Shown here in pieces: positions 52,820 to 64,000 of a stretch of DNA of 64,000 nt. The stretch is from Octopus bimaculoides (taxonomy: Eukaryota): positions 4,815,812 to 4,879,811 of the forward strand of contig NC_068988.1 in the NCBI RefSeq assembly GCF_001194135.2, read 5' to 3'. The notes below the pieces were generated by a model. It saw only the letters and a list, made by a program, of their open reading frames with translations, did not search any database and was not told the origin of the DNA. The translations under genes and the position numbers were made by a program. Within the stretch, counting starts at the first letter, position 1; each line of letters starts with the position of its first letter.

Positions 52820-53967
52820 TATTGGCTTCCCGACGGAGTATGCCCAGGTGATGTCTAATGTTGCCAAAGCCTTTAATAAAATCCAGGGTGGAGGACCAGG
52901 CTTATCTCGAGAGCCTTCTGCCAACTGTAGCGGCTACCGTCATGAAGTTGAAACAGCTCCTGTACTGCATTTCTCTGGTAGACACGATACTAGCAGGCAT
53001 TACGAAAAGGTTTGGGCTCCTCCTAGAAGACCTGGAGTACCAGCTGGCCGCTGCCTTTCCCACACCAAGTGTCGCTTGTTCTGGCTGGAGCAGTATAACA
53101 GCTAGGCTAGCAGAGTAACGAACGTCATGGAGACCGTCGTAGAGACAATCCAATTGGAGATCAATGAGGAGGGCAGCAGCAACACCAGCAATGAGGATGA
53201 AGACGATGATTTCTTCAGCAACATTACTCGGTTCCAGTAGAGCAGGAGCCACAGGTCATTGAAGTCCAAGGTGCAGAAATTGGTGAAGACCTGGCTGGAG
53301 GCCGTCTCGAAGGAGGTCTTGACTAAAGTCACATTTTTAGGTGAACAGGTCAATTAAGACCTGTTCACTAGGTATAACACTGCTATCCCATCCAGTGCTG
53401 CAGTTGAACTCCTAATGTCTATAGGCAGAGATATTTTGAGGGCCAAGCGAACCATTCTGTCAGGTGGTAAATGTGAGAGGCTGATGCTTTTGAAGGGCAA
53501 CCAACATCACGTCGATGCGATAGAGAAACCAGAGTAAGTACACCTTGATCACCATCTGATCTTCGCCTGATACCTACGCTCTATTATACCTTTTTGATTC
53601 GTTCCATGCTTTTTTATATAGTAAATAAAGTGTATGTTGACTGAAAAACTAATGTTTAATTTAATTTGTTCATTTAATTATTTGCATACACCTTGATCAT
53701 AATCTAATCTTGGCATGTTATACCTTTTTAGAAAGCTTTATGTCAAAGCTACAAGCTCTTTAGGTCTGTGTTTAGGGACCTTAGAGTCAAAAAACAAAAA
53801 CAAACCGAAGCTAAATGCAAATGATAGAATTTAGCGGTTATCAGTTAGCGTTAGCTTCCGCTAATTTTTTAACTGTTCAGCGGTTTAGCGTTGGTGAAGC
53901 TAACTTTTTTAGTTAGGGGATTAGCGGTTAGCGAAGCTAACTTTTTGATTAGGTTTGTCCACCACTG
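52820..53967 (+). mobile_element. hAT transposon, 3' half with dimerisation domain and right TIR
   Basis: Broken ORF gives ...LAGITKRFG...QLAAAF... and LFTRYNTAIPSSAAVELLMSIGRDILRAKRTILSGGKCERLMLLK (hAT C-terminal P-S-S-A-x-V-E-R-x-F-S-like motif). Subterminal TTAGC repeats; the element ends TTTGTCCACCACTG (TIR reading CAGTGGTGGACAAA from the end). Confidence 0.88.
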
Positions 53968-55462
53968 TTCAAAAGCATTAAAAACGACATCAAAATTAGA
54001 TGAGCGTCAGGTAAGCTTCTGCGTAGTGTTATGATAAAACATCTGAGAAGCGTTCGTCGTAAGACATTAACACGTAGCTGTCATTAAGTACAAGACTTGT
54101 CATCAAATCCATATTACGAGAAGCTCATTCAGTTTTCTATTCAAGTAACAAGTTACGCCTAACTTAATTAACACAGTATCAGAGAGACATTTCTTGTGTT
54201 GCACGGCAACTAAAGCAAACATTTGTATCGATGCTCAACATTAAGTACAAATAAGGACCAACGGCCTCTCAATGTTGCAATGGCGTAAGTTCTGTTTATG
54301 GAGACTCAAGTGTTTTCGTAATTGGTTGCTAAGTTGCAAAGAAAAACTCTCCGTCTTAACTTTCTCTCCTACTTGTCGGTGCATTTGATAACATCAAAGC
54401 TATCTATCGATCGTAAGGATTATGCTGAGGACTTGTTTCACTGACTGATAAGTAGCTGGACGTCTAGATTGAAGCAAGATGTTAATGAATTTTTATTCAA
54501 GTCAATACGAAAATATTAGTTTATCTCTTTGTGGTTTGCCGAAACAAATGATTGAAATTAGTGGTGTAAATATCGAACAAAGTAGACATGTAAACTATTA
54601 AAACAAAAACGTCGTCGTTCTAAATGTACTCATTTAAACTTGATCCACGCATCGCATTGGAAGTCGATTGGTAGTCAACAAGTTTGATGGCTGTCACTTT
54701 CATTTGTCACTGAATATCTTGCCTTAACATTCATCTTTTCAGCATGAGAAGACTTCGTTATATAGATACAAGTTTCGAAGCTGCTGTATAGTTTTATTTT
54801 TTTAAAGTGTTTACAGTTCCTCCAAATACATAAAATGATATCTTTTAACATTAACTAATTGAAATATGGATTTTAAAATAAATCAAAAATAAAAATGCTG
54901 TCATAAATAAAAGAAATGTTTTGAATATTCAACCCTTCGTCAAGATTTTGCAGACTAAAGTTTATTTTTCGAAATTGAAAGCCTTGTCATATCTTGTCTT
55001 GTACGATGTACACAAACACAGAAGTAGTTGAAACAACTCGCTAATTAATTCCAACGATCCCACATTCACTTCTTTCTCAAGTGTAGCAAAAAAGAGAAAA
55101 GCAGAAAAGCAGAGACGTGTAACCCTAAACAGTAAATGAATTCACTGGCCTATATGACAATAACAACAATAATTTATATCAATTAAACTTGCACTAGTGT
55201 TGCCAGACACTGCATTTCCTAAGGTTGCACCAAACTATTTTCAAAGTAAACCCATGCAGCTTAGGAATGTTGCTGAGGCGAGTAATGACTAAATCTGTCA
55301 TATGACCCCTCCACACACACACGACTCAGTGGCATGTGAGATCGATTCAGTTCATATCCATTTTCAAGGTAGTTCTGGTCCATGCCGTAAAGAAGTCAAA
55401 GGACTCAGTAAAGCATTAAGAGTAAGTTTAGAGATATAACACTTATATATAGACACACATTT

Positions 55463-55465
<3 letters not shown>

Positions 55466-55537
<72 letters not shown>

Positions 55538-55648
55538 CACTCGTACGGACTTAGGCACATAATATATATACATACATACATACATTCAGGCATGCATGCA
55601 TACATACACACACACATGCATACATACATACATACATACATACATACA

Positions 55649-55680
<32 letters not shown>
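55466..55680. repeat. Compound (TACA)n/(CA)n/(TA)n microsatellite
   Basis: Direct reading. Confidence 0.95.
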
Positions 55681-55869
55681 AATGTGCTTCTGTGTATGCT
55701 AATTGCCGGTATTATTCTATTTTGAAAACAAGTCTCCCAAATTAAAGATTATCACCACACCCTACCTTAACGCCATATATAACACAAACTGAGTTCGCTC
55801 AATGTGTCCACCACAGATGACAAACTATAAGCTAACATCCGAGCAAACTGGGGTGTAAATGGATGGAGT

Positions 55870-56135
55870 GTGTACTAATGCCAACATTTTCTGGTTAACA
55901 ATGGCTGGTTGAAAAGCGTTTCGAGGTGTCTTAATTTGCCCAAAATTGAATGACCAATGAATCTGCCGATGTGGATAGACAAGCCGATTTTTCTGCGGAA
56001 CTGAAGAACGTTATTCCTGAAGAAGGTTGTACTCCAGAACACCTGGGCAAAGTTGAGGAAGTATGAATTTTTGCAACTCCATGCCGGTTAGGAAGTATAT
56101 TTCTGGACATAGAAAATCGGTACCGGGCTTGAGAT
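55870..56135 (+). mobile_element. pogo/Tigger-like transposase remnant
   Basis: Frames give GWL...ESADVDRQADFSAELKNVIPEEGCTPEHL...MPVRKYISGHRKSVPG. This aligns by eye with the Tigger CENPB-HTH to DDE junction (GWL..F...ESASAD...F..EL..II.E.GY..EQ.FN.DETGL.WK.MP.RTYI...KS.PG). Confidence 0.65.
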
Positions 56136-56224
56136 GCGAAATCTTGAAACGAAAACCCGTCCCTTTTTATTATAAGTGGTCTTGATATGATAAAAAATTA
56201 GAAGACATAATCCTTTCTACTGGT

Positions 56225-56423
56225 AGCACAAGGTCTCAAATTTGAGGAAAGCGATTAAGTTGATTACATCTACCGCAATACGCAACTGGTACTTAATTTA
56301 TCGACTCAGAAAGGAGGAAAAGCAAAGTCCACCTCGGCGGAATTTGAACTCAGTACGTAAAGACAGACGAAATGCCGCAAGCATTTGCCCGGCAAACTGA
56401 CGACTCTGCCAGCTCGCCGCCTT
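56225..56423 (-). mobile_element. tRNA-derived SINE (family 1), near full length
   Basis: AACTGGTACTTAATTTATCGAC...CCACCTCGGCGGAATTTGAACTCAG...CTCTGCCAGCTCGCCGCCTT. Confidence 0.88.
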
Positions 56424-58151
56424 GGAAGAAAATCGAAGGAAAAGACAAAACAATTGGAGATAGCTAAGACTTGGAATTGGGGCTTAGGAAGCCTCTATGA
56501 GTATACTGACAGAGCTGACAGGATAAATGTATCATGCAGAGAGGATGTGCCTAGTCGATGAGTACTAGGGGTGGGGTTCAGGAAAGATAGCAACAGAAAG
56601 CAAAAGGGAGAAGAAAGAAAGTTTATTACAGTTTGCAATATCAATGTAATGGGGATGTCGAAGACGGCTTCAGAAATATCGGAAATGGTAAAAATCATGC
56701 CCAGAACGAGGTGGCAGGTGTTGACTTTAGAAATGAAGACAATAAATTGTTCTCTGTTTTATCGCTATAAGGAATGCACGTTCATGGAGGAGACCATAAA
56801 GGACTGAAAGAATACAATGGTATCGATATAGCTCACACTGAACTTTGACTAACTTGAGCTCATGCTGGTAACCAGCGCCACATCGGAACATGTCATTGAG
56901 AGTAAATGCGAGTTCAGCGATATGGAAAGAACTTTTGGTAGCATAATTCTGTTGAAATATACTGCTTTCGTTAGTTTTGAAAATAATGAAGAACTTCGTG
57001 AATAACTTTGTCGTTATTAAGCTGGTAATATGCGTGGGCTGCTGAAAGCATTCACATACCTATATTAATAAATATGATAAGTCATATCTTATATTGTTGT
57101 AGTTAATTCAAATATTTAATTTTAAGATAGAAAACTGCTTTTTGTTTCTTTACGTTTCATATGTGACCAATAACTATGATGTTCTATGCCTGAAAATGCA
57201 TTAAGTAGATATATAGACAGTTGTACATAGAAGAAACATTCCCCATACATATACAATTTCGTACATTTCGTATATTTTTCTCTATCTATGGGGTGGCGTG
57301 GGCGTGCACAACAGCTGTGTGTCAGTGTAGATATTCAACTATTCAAATGAAAGAGGCATTCTAAAGAAAACTCAGAGTAAGTACCCGAAACGTTATCTCC
57401 AGGAAGGAAACACATTCGTTGAAGCGTGAATATCATTGAAGAGAAAACATTTAATGGAAAATCAATGTCGGCCAAGCAACAAGCTGTCTGGAAATTACAA
57501 AAGTGGAAACCATTGAAAACTTTGAAAATAAATAAATAAAACTAAACAAAGGCTATAAAACAGAGATAATAAAACATGGTAGCGTATAGAATTCGTAATC
57601 ATTGATCTTGGCCAACTAAAGCGAAGTTTATGATCAAATAAGAGATGGTGTATGGATGATGACGAAATAACGAGTGAGGTTAAAAGAAATCACAAGTACA
57701 GGATGAGATTTTGTCTAAAAGATTTTTAAAAAAACAAGATTGCAAAAGCTTACATAGTGCAAGATAACAGAGAATGCAGTGTTTGATGGATACAGCGCAA
57801 GTTAATTTGTGAAAAATTTCTAATAACTGCAAAACACCAAACTGCAAAATTCTAAACATTTTATAAGGCACATAAATTCACATACAGACATACATACGCG
57901 TATGTTTCTCTTAAGTGCATGTTTGTGTAGATGTCTATATTATACGCAAGTGTATGGTTATAATTGCGTCTGTGCCCATGTGTACATGTATGTGTGTGTG
58001 TGTTTCTATATGAGCACGAGTTGTTGTAACACATTTCCAGATTTTACAATAAGTCTCAATGCATAAAATAATTATAACTTCTTAGACATTAAAACGTGAG
58101 TGATCTCTGAGAATCAGACCCATATTCCTTTGCCTAAACTACTTTAAGCCA

Positions 58152-58233
58152 ACATTGGGAAACAGTGGCCTACATTTGGAAACAGTGGCCTACATTTGGA
58201 AACAGTGGCCTACATTTGGAAACAGTGGCCTAC
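58152..58233. repeat. 20-bp minisatellite, 4 copies (ACATTTGGAAACAGTGGCCT)
   Basis: Copies start at 58152, 58172, 58192 and 58212; copy 1 has one T>G difference. Confidence 0.96.
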
Positions 58234-59724
58234 TTTACAATTATTTCAGTTGGAAAGTGCTTGCCGTTATAAGGTCAGACTATATGTAATCGGTGTGTGT
58301 CATGGTGAGAAACTTCTTGAAACCGTCTCTGAACTCAGCTAAAATACGATTGATGAATGAGTTCACGAATAAGGTTCCTCAGACTGTAAATCTAGGCAAT
58401 TGTCACAGTTTAAAATTCATTCCTATCCTTAAGACTATACGTATTCAGTATACACATGACCAACCGGCCTGAAAACATCGTTTAGAATAACAAGAAATGA
58501 AGAAGAAAGAAGATTAGAAGATATAAGGATATAAATACTCTATAAACCATTCTGGCTGTTTGAGGTGAAATAAAGGAACTTGCTTCTACTCATCTCAAAA
58601 CCTCCTACTCATCTCAAAAAGTAAAGTTTACGTGATTTGAGTTTAAGGAGAAATTTGTTGCTTATATTCACTAACTTACCGATTCTTAGAACCAATGAAA
58701 GCTCATTTAAGAGGTTGCTTAGTGTGCTATGAATTACAGAAGAATCATCCTCGATTCACGTCCTACCGATTTAAAAAGAAAAAAAGAAACACACCTTTAA
58801 TCATGTAGTCTTTGATATATAAAGTGACGACATGGTCAGGCGTGAAATGTCTTTCATTATGTTCTCTTTTTTTTTTTCTTTTTCAATTAGGAATACCAAA
58901 GAGTAAGGGTTAAATAACAATCTGTCATTAACTCCTCCGTGAATCCATGGGAGTTTCATCAGATGGTAGCAAGGACGAAGATGCTAGGTAACAAAACTAC
59001 AAATCAAAGCTTACTTTTAACCTAATTCGAATGATGACGTATTGAAAATTTGATGTAGCCAACTGCAACAACTCTAACCGGCAAAAGTAAATTAATCCGT
59101 TCTTGCTTCAGTCAATATCAGAGAATTTAATAAATTCCGCCGTAAATGAGTTAAACGCAGACTTGTGTCAATTTTAGAAGTGGAGAAGTTTACTTTTAGA
59201 AGGAAACCTAAATGTCTAGTTTGAAAGAAATTCCGGCAATTAAAGTTGCAGAATCGTTACAATTGTAGATGTAGATATTTAATGCAAGAAAGAAATATAA
59301 TCGATGGAAACTACTCATTTCTCCTAATGTAATTGATAGCGTAAGGAGGAGTTTAAATTTATTAGTTCATAAACTCCATTTATGGAAGTCGTCCAAATAC
59401 TGTTGCCTTTGTGAGAACGGCTAACACGTCCTATTGATCCATTCAGCTGTGGAGTTTTGAGCTGCAAAATGTATTGCAATGAACTCCATAATCGGAGGTT
59501 ATTAACTAATACACTACAAGTAATACTTCATTAATTTCACCAAGTTTCAGTGAAATGACCGAACTTAATATCCGTTTATTTCTCATTCTTGAATTAGTCT
59601 ACACAAAGACATTAATACACTAATATACGTACACATACACACACATATATATTATGTACTTGCATATATGTCTATATGGAAAATTATGGAAGAAAGATTG
59701 ATAGAAGGGGAGTGGGCAACTTAC

Positions 59725-59883
59725 ATAATTGACAGCCAGGTCCCCAGTAATCATCTGCACATCCTGAATAACAAGTTCCGTCCAACTTATCGCAAGGTTC
59801 ATCTCTTTGACAATGGCATTTAAATTTGCATTTATATCCAAAATACTGGCTAGAACATTTGCCTTGTAATTCATCAATCGATT
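59725..59883 (-). CDS. Exon A of a multi-exon receptor gene: laminin-type/MEGF-type EGF-like module (SIDELQGKCSSQYFGYKCKFKCHCQRDEPCDKLDGTCYSGCADDYWGPGCQL)
   Basis: Minus strand: polypyrimidine tract + CAG acceptor ending at 59884 and GTAAG donor starting at 59724. Length 159 nt, phase 1-1. The C-x4-(F/Y)G-x2-C-x3-C-H-C...C...G-x-C...GC...(Y/W)-x-G-x2-C pattern is typical of MEGF/Tie-type EGF repeats. Confidence 0.92.
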
Positions 59884-61439
59884 CTGAAAAAAAACAAAAA
59901 AACAAAAATGTAAAACTTTATAAGAATTCAAAACTAGATAGATTAGGAATACATTATATGTAATGACTTCATATGAACGAGTAAATTCATATAAAGTTTA
60001 TATCCGTGTAAGTAAGTTCGTTAAGACATTAGTTCAGATGGTAAAAAAAAGACAGAATGCAAAACTATTTTAACCTACTTTGTTAAATCTGCAGAACATT
60101 TCCCATCAAAATAAAAATAAAAATCATAGAATTCTGTTTATACACACAAATAAATTTTTCAATACATCAACATAAGCCTATGAACATATGTGCCAGCATG
60201 TATGTATATATGAATGAATGTATGTATGTGTGTATGTATGAATGTATGTATGTCTGTATGTATGTATGTATGTATGTATGTGTGTATGTACGCATGTGTA
60301 CACAGACAAGCACACGCACACATATATGGACAACAATATAAGACGACATTTTATATCACATATACACGCGTACACACACAACAACATATATACTCGCACG
60401 CACATACGGATACATATATATGCATGTGTTAGTGTGGGGCGGGTGAGTGCGCATGCATGTGTTACATGTGTGTTTGGATGTATGTATTTGTGTTTATGAA
60501 CGTTTATATGCGTGTGAATGTGTGTATGCGAGTGTGTAGTGTTTTGAAGTAATGGGTTTATGCTTCATCAATTATTATTTTTATTATCATCATTATATAC
60601 ACATATATATCAATATGTGTGTGTGTATATCTAGATATATAAAAAACATTCATACACATATAAATGTATGTTTGTGTGTATGCATGTATCTATGTGCGTA
60701 TATATATATATATATATATATATATNNNNNNNNNNNNNNNNNNNNNNNNNNNNNNNNNNNNNNNNNNNNNNNNNNNNNNNNNNNNNNNNNNNNNNNNNNN
60801 NNNNNNNNNNNNNNNNNNNNNNNNNNNNNNNNNNNNNNNNNNNNNNNNNNNNNNNNNNNNNNNNATATATATATATATATACATATATATCTTACTGATG
60901 TGCATAAAGTTATAAAGCAAATATTTAATAAACCTAATAAATACTAAAACATTTCAATGATCAGTAAATTACGTTTTACTTCCATTTCTAAAAGCACACC
61001 AACATAAAACATGAACGCCGTCTATAATAGAACGCAGCTTAAAGCAGTGGATTGATTTTTCTTCGGTTTCAATGTACTACAGTTAACACATGATATACTT
61101 CCTCTTCACGCTAGAAAATATACATCCATTATACTTTGAAAATTCATGCACCATTACTAGCATATACATACGCATCAATATAGCTATATGAAAATATATG
61201 TCCCTGTAAATATGTTATGTGTGTGTATACCATATATACATATATATACATATGTGTGTGTATAATATACATTTATGTGTGTGTGTGTGCGCGGGTCTAT
61301 ATATATGTATATGGATATATCTATATATTTGTTTGTATGTATCTATCTATATATATATATATAAATTTATACACACATATGTACGTATGTATGTATGTAT
61401 GCATGTATGTACGTACGTATCTGTGTGTGTGTGTGAATC

Positions 61440-61680
61440 TTTTTATCTTTTACTTTTATCTGTTGATTTTGTCAGACATTAGACTACAGCCACGCAGGGG
61501 CACCGACTTCAATGATTTTAGTCGAACGAATCGACCCCAGTATTTTCTTTCTTTTTTTTTTTGTAACCTGCTATTTATTTTATCGAACACTTACGCCGAT
61601 CCGCAATGTTACGGGGACATAAAGAAAGCAATGTCGGTTGTCAAGCGGTGGTGCTTAGAAACGCAGAGACAAACACACAA
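61440..61680 (-). mobile_element. SINE 3' body (family 3), diverged
   Basis: Homologous to 62738-62940 (GACTACAGCCACGCAGGGGCACC...TCGACCCCAG...TTACGGGGAC...GTCGGTTGTCAAGCG). Confidence 0.75.
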
Positions 61681-62513
61681 ACACGCATTCACAGACATAT
61701 ACACAGACACACGCACACAGGCTGTCATACACACAGAGACAGACAGATATGAACAGACAGACAGACAGATAACTATATGTACAGTACGCGTGCGAGTGAG
61801 TGTGATTGCGTGTGTTTGCATGTGTGCATATACACACATCCATATATATATATATATATATATATACAGACACACACATATATACATACCTAAAAAGACA
61901 CACACGCATACATACATATATATATATATANNNNNNNNNNNNNNNNNNNNNNNNNNNNNNNNNNNNNNNNNNNNNNNNNNNNNNNNNNNNNNNNNNNNNN
62001 NNNNNNNNNNNNNNNNNNNNNNNNNNNNNNNNNNNNNNNNNNNNNNNNNNNNNNNNNNNNNNNNNNNNNNNNNNNNNNNNNNNNNNNNNNNNNNNNNNNN
62101 NNNNNNNNNNNNNNNNNNNNNNNNNNNNNNNNNNNNNNNNNNNNNNNNNNNNNNNNNNNNNNNNNNNNNNNNNNNNNNNNNNNNNNNNNNNNNNNNNNNN
62201 NNNNNNNNNNNNNNNNNNNNNNNNNNNNNNNNNNNNNNNNNNNNNNNNNNNNNNNNNNNNNNNNNNNNNNNNNNNNNNNNNNNNNNNNNNNNNNNNNNNN
62301 NNNNNNNNNNNNNNNNNNNNNNNNNNNNNNNNNNNNNNNNNNNNNNNNNNNNNNNNNNNNNNNNNNNNNNNNNNNNNNNNNNNNNNNNNNNNNNNNNNNN
62401 NNNNNNNNNNNNNNNNNNNNNNNNNNNNNNNNNNNNNNNNNNNNNNNNNNNNNNNNNNNNNNNNNNNNNNNNNNNNNNNNNNNNNNNNNNNNNNNNNNNN
62501 NNNNNNNNNNNNN

Positions 62514-62609
<96 letters not shown>
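62514..62609. repeat. (GATA)n microsatellite next to an N-gap
   Basis: Direct reading. Confidence 0.98.
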
Positions 62610-62737
62610 GGTATAATTATAATCCTGGCTGGTGTACTATTCTTAAATCCAATCGAGGTCTGTAAGACTTGAGTTGATACAGAAGTCCTATAGATCTAAG
62701 ACATCTTTCCTTATTTAAACATATATATTTATTTATT

Positions 62738-62940
62738 CTTTTACTTGTTTCAGTAATTTGACTGCGGCCATGCTGGAGCACCGCCTTTAGTCGAGCAAAT
62801 CGAGCCTAGGACTTATTCTTTGTAAGCCTAGTACTTCTTCTATCGGTCGCTTTTGTCGAACCGCTAAGTACGGGGACGTAAACACACCAACATCGGTTGT
62901 CAAGCGATGTTGGGAGGACAAATACAGACACACAAACATA
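62738..62940 (-). mobile_element. SINE 3' body (family 3)
   Basis: CTTTTACTTGTTTCAGTAATTTGACTGCGGCCATGCTGGAGCACCGCC...CCGCTAAGTACGGGGACGTAAACACACCAACATCGGTTGTCAAGCG. A second copy is at 61440; the A-rich tail is at the low-coordinate end. Confidence 0.82.
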
Positions 62941-63319
62941 TATATGCTTAAAGTATGGAATTTACATAATACATACGTGTATACCTACAGGAATTTATAT
63001 ATCCACCCATGCATAGATTGACACATACATGCATTGATACACATTTTGTATTTCTGTTAAAAATTATTTTTTATTTCAAGTCGATTCTTTGTTAGTTTTG
63101 GACTTCTCCCATCAGTGATTCGATTTACTGAAAACCCGATTAATTTTAGCAAATTGGTTAAGGTAGAAATCTAGCCGAATTTTTTTGTTTTCTTAACTTT
63201 TATTTAAAGGAAAATAATATTTAAAAACATTCATCCGACATGTAAAACATTAATGGTAAACTGTTATCCAAAGGAAATTAAACCTGTATGATTACATTCT
63301 TTATTTATCATGCCAGCGA

Positions 63320-63478
63320 GAGAAGTTGATTTAGCTGACCCCAGTAACTGGCAGGTACTCGATTTTAACCTCTGAACAATGAAAAATGAAGCTGGTCTCA
63401 TTAACAATTGAATTTAGAATATAAAGAACCAGAGTTGAATATCGCCAAGCATTTTATCTGATGCTCTACCTATTCTAC
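63320..63478 (-). mobile_element. Highly diverged SINE (family 1)
   Basis: GACCCCAGTAACTGG..GTACT...ATGAAAAATGAAGCTG...AATATCGCCAAGCATTTTATCTGATGCTCTACCTATTCTAC. Confidence 0.55.
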
Positions 63479-64000
63479 AAAAGTCTTAATAACCTCACTA
63501 CTCACACACTCCAGCTGTGTACAGCCGAGGAGGATTTTTGAAAACCGAAATAGATCAGGTATTGTCATCCCCGAAGTGGTTATCATATTTAATAACTGAG
63601 CCTAATATTATGATTTTGTTGCATCATAATTATAATTAGTATTATGTAATTATAATTTTGATGCATATATAAGTACCAGCTTTACTAGTAACCATAAATC
63701 CCGCTCCATTCAATTTCTACTCACTTTCACTCGTATCACCGCTACGAACTGAAACATATCGATATCTAACTCGATTCGAACACCTCTCTAAAGACTATGA
63801 TTCCATTCTCTGTTCTGAATGTTTTACATCCTCCACAAATGCTCTTCAGTAATTTTGAGAAGTTTGCGATTTTAATACCAAAACAATCAGAATGTTTGCT
63901 ATGTATTAACTGTACTTTCTATACAATAGTGCCAAACTAAATTTTAAAATATCGAAAATTGTAAACAAAATACTATTTGCACGCAAGATATATTTTATGT

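Noticed and set aside
61217-62527. 436-aa ORF and other long ORFs spanning N-runs or (AT)/(GT)/(TTA) arrays (for example 2138-2773, 28347-29219, 16601-16876, 48147-48440)
   Set aside because: Artefacts of microsatellites, SINE sequence and undetermined bases; no domain content.

Overview
AT-rich, microsatellite-dense eukaryotic scaffold with nine N-gaps. The SINE families and overall composition look like an octopod (coleoid cephalopod) genome; this is inference, not a database result. One protein-coding gene spans almost the whole window on the minus strand and is open at both ends. I resolved six exons by their GT/AG sites and they splice into one uninterrupted 387-codon frame: EGF-like (59725-59883), kringle (49849-50082), EGF-like (43735-43872), Ig-like (13893-14183) and a fibronectin type III domain split over two exons (1852-2017 and 106-278). 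The Ig-FN3 unit resembles Tie receptors and R2B (PTPmu/kappa-type) receptor phosphatases, but here it is preceded by an unusual EGF-kringle-EGF block, with each module on its own phase 1-1 exon. The introns hold decayed transposons: three Tc1/mariner copies, a pogo/Tigger remnant, a hAT 3' half, CR1-, RTE-, Tx1- and R4/Dong-like LINE pieces, and many tRNA-derived SINEs. There is also a Merlin-like non-autonomous element with TIRs, a perfect 8-bp TSD and internal (CCCTAA)n. I found no CRISPR array, rRNA or free-standing tRNA gene. Most ORFs in the supplied track are microsatellite or N-gap artefacts.
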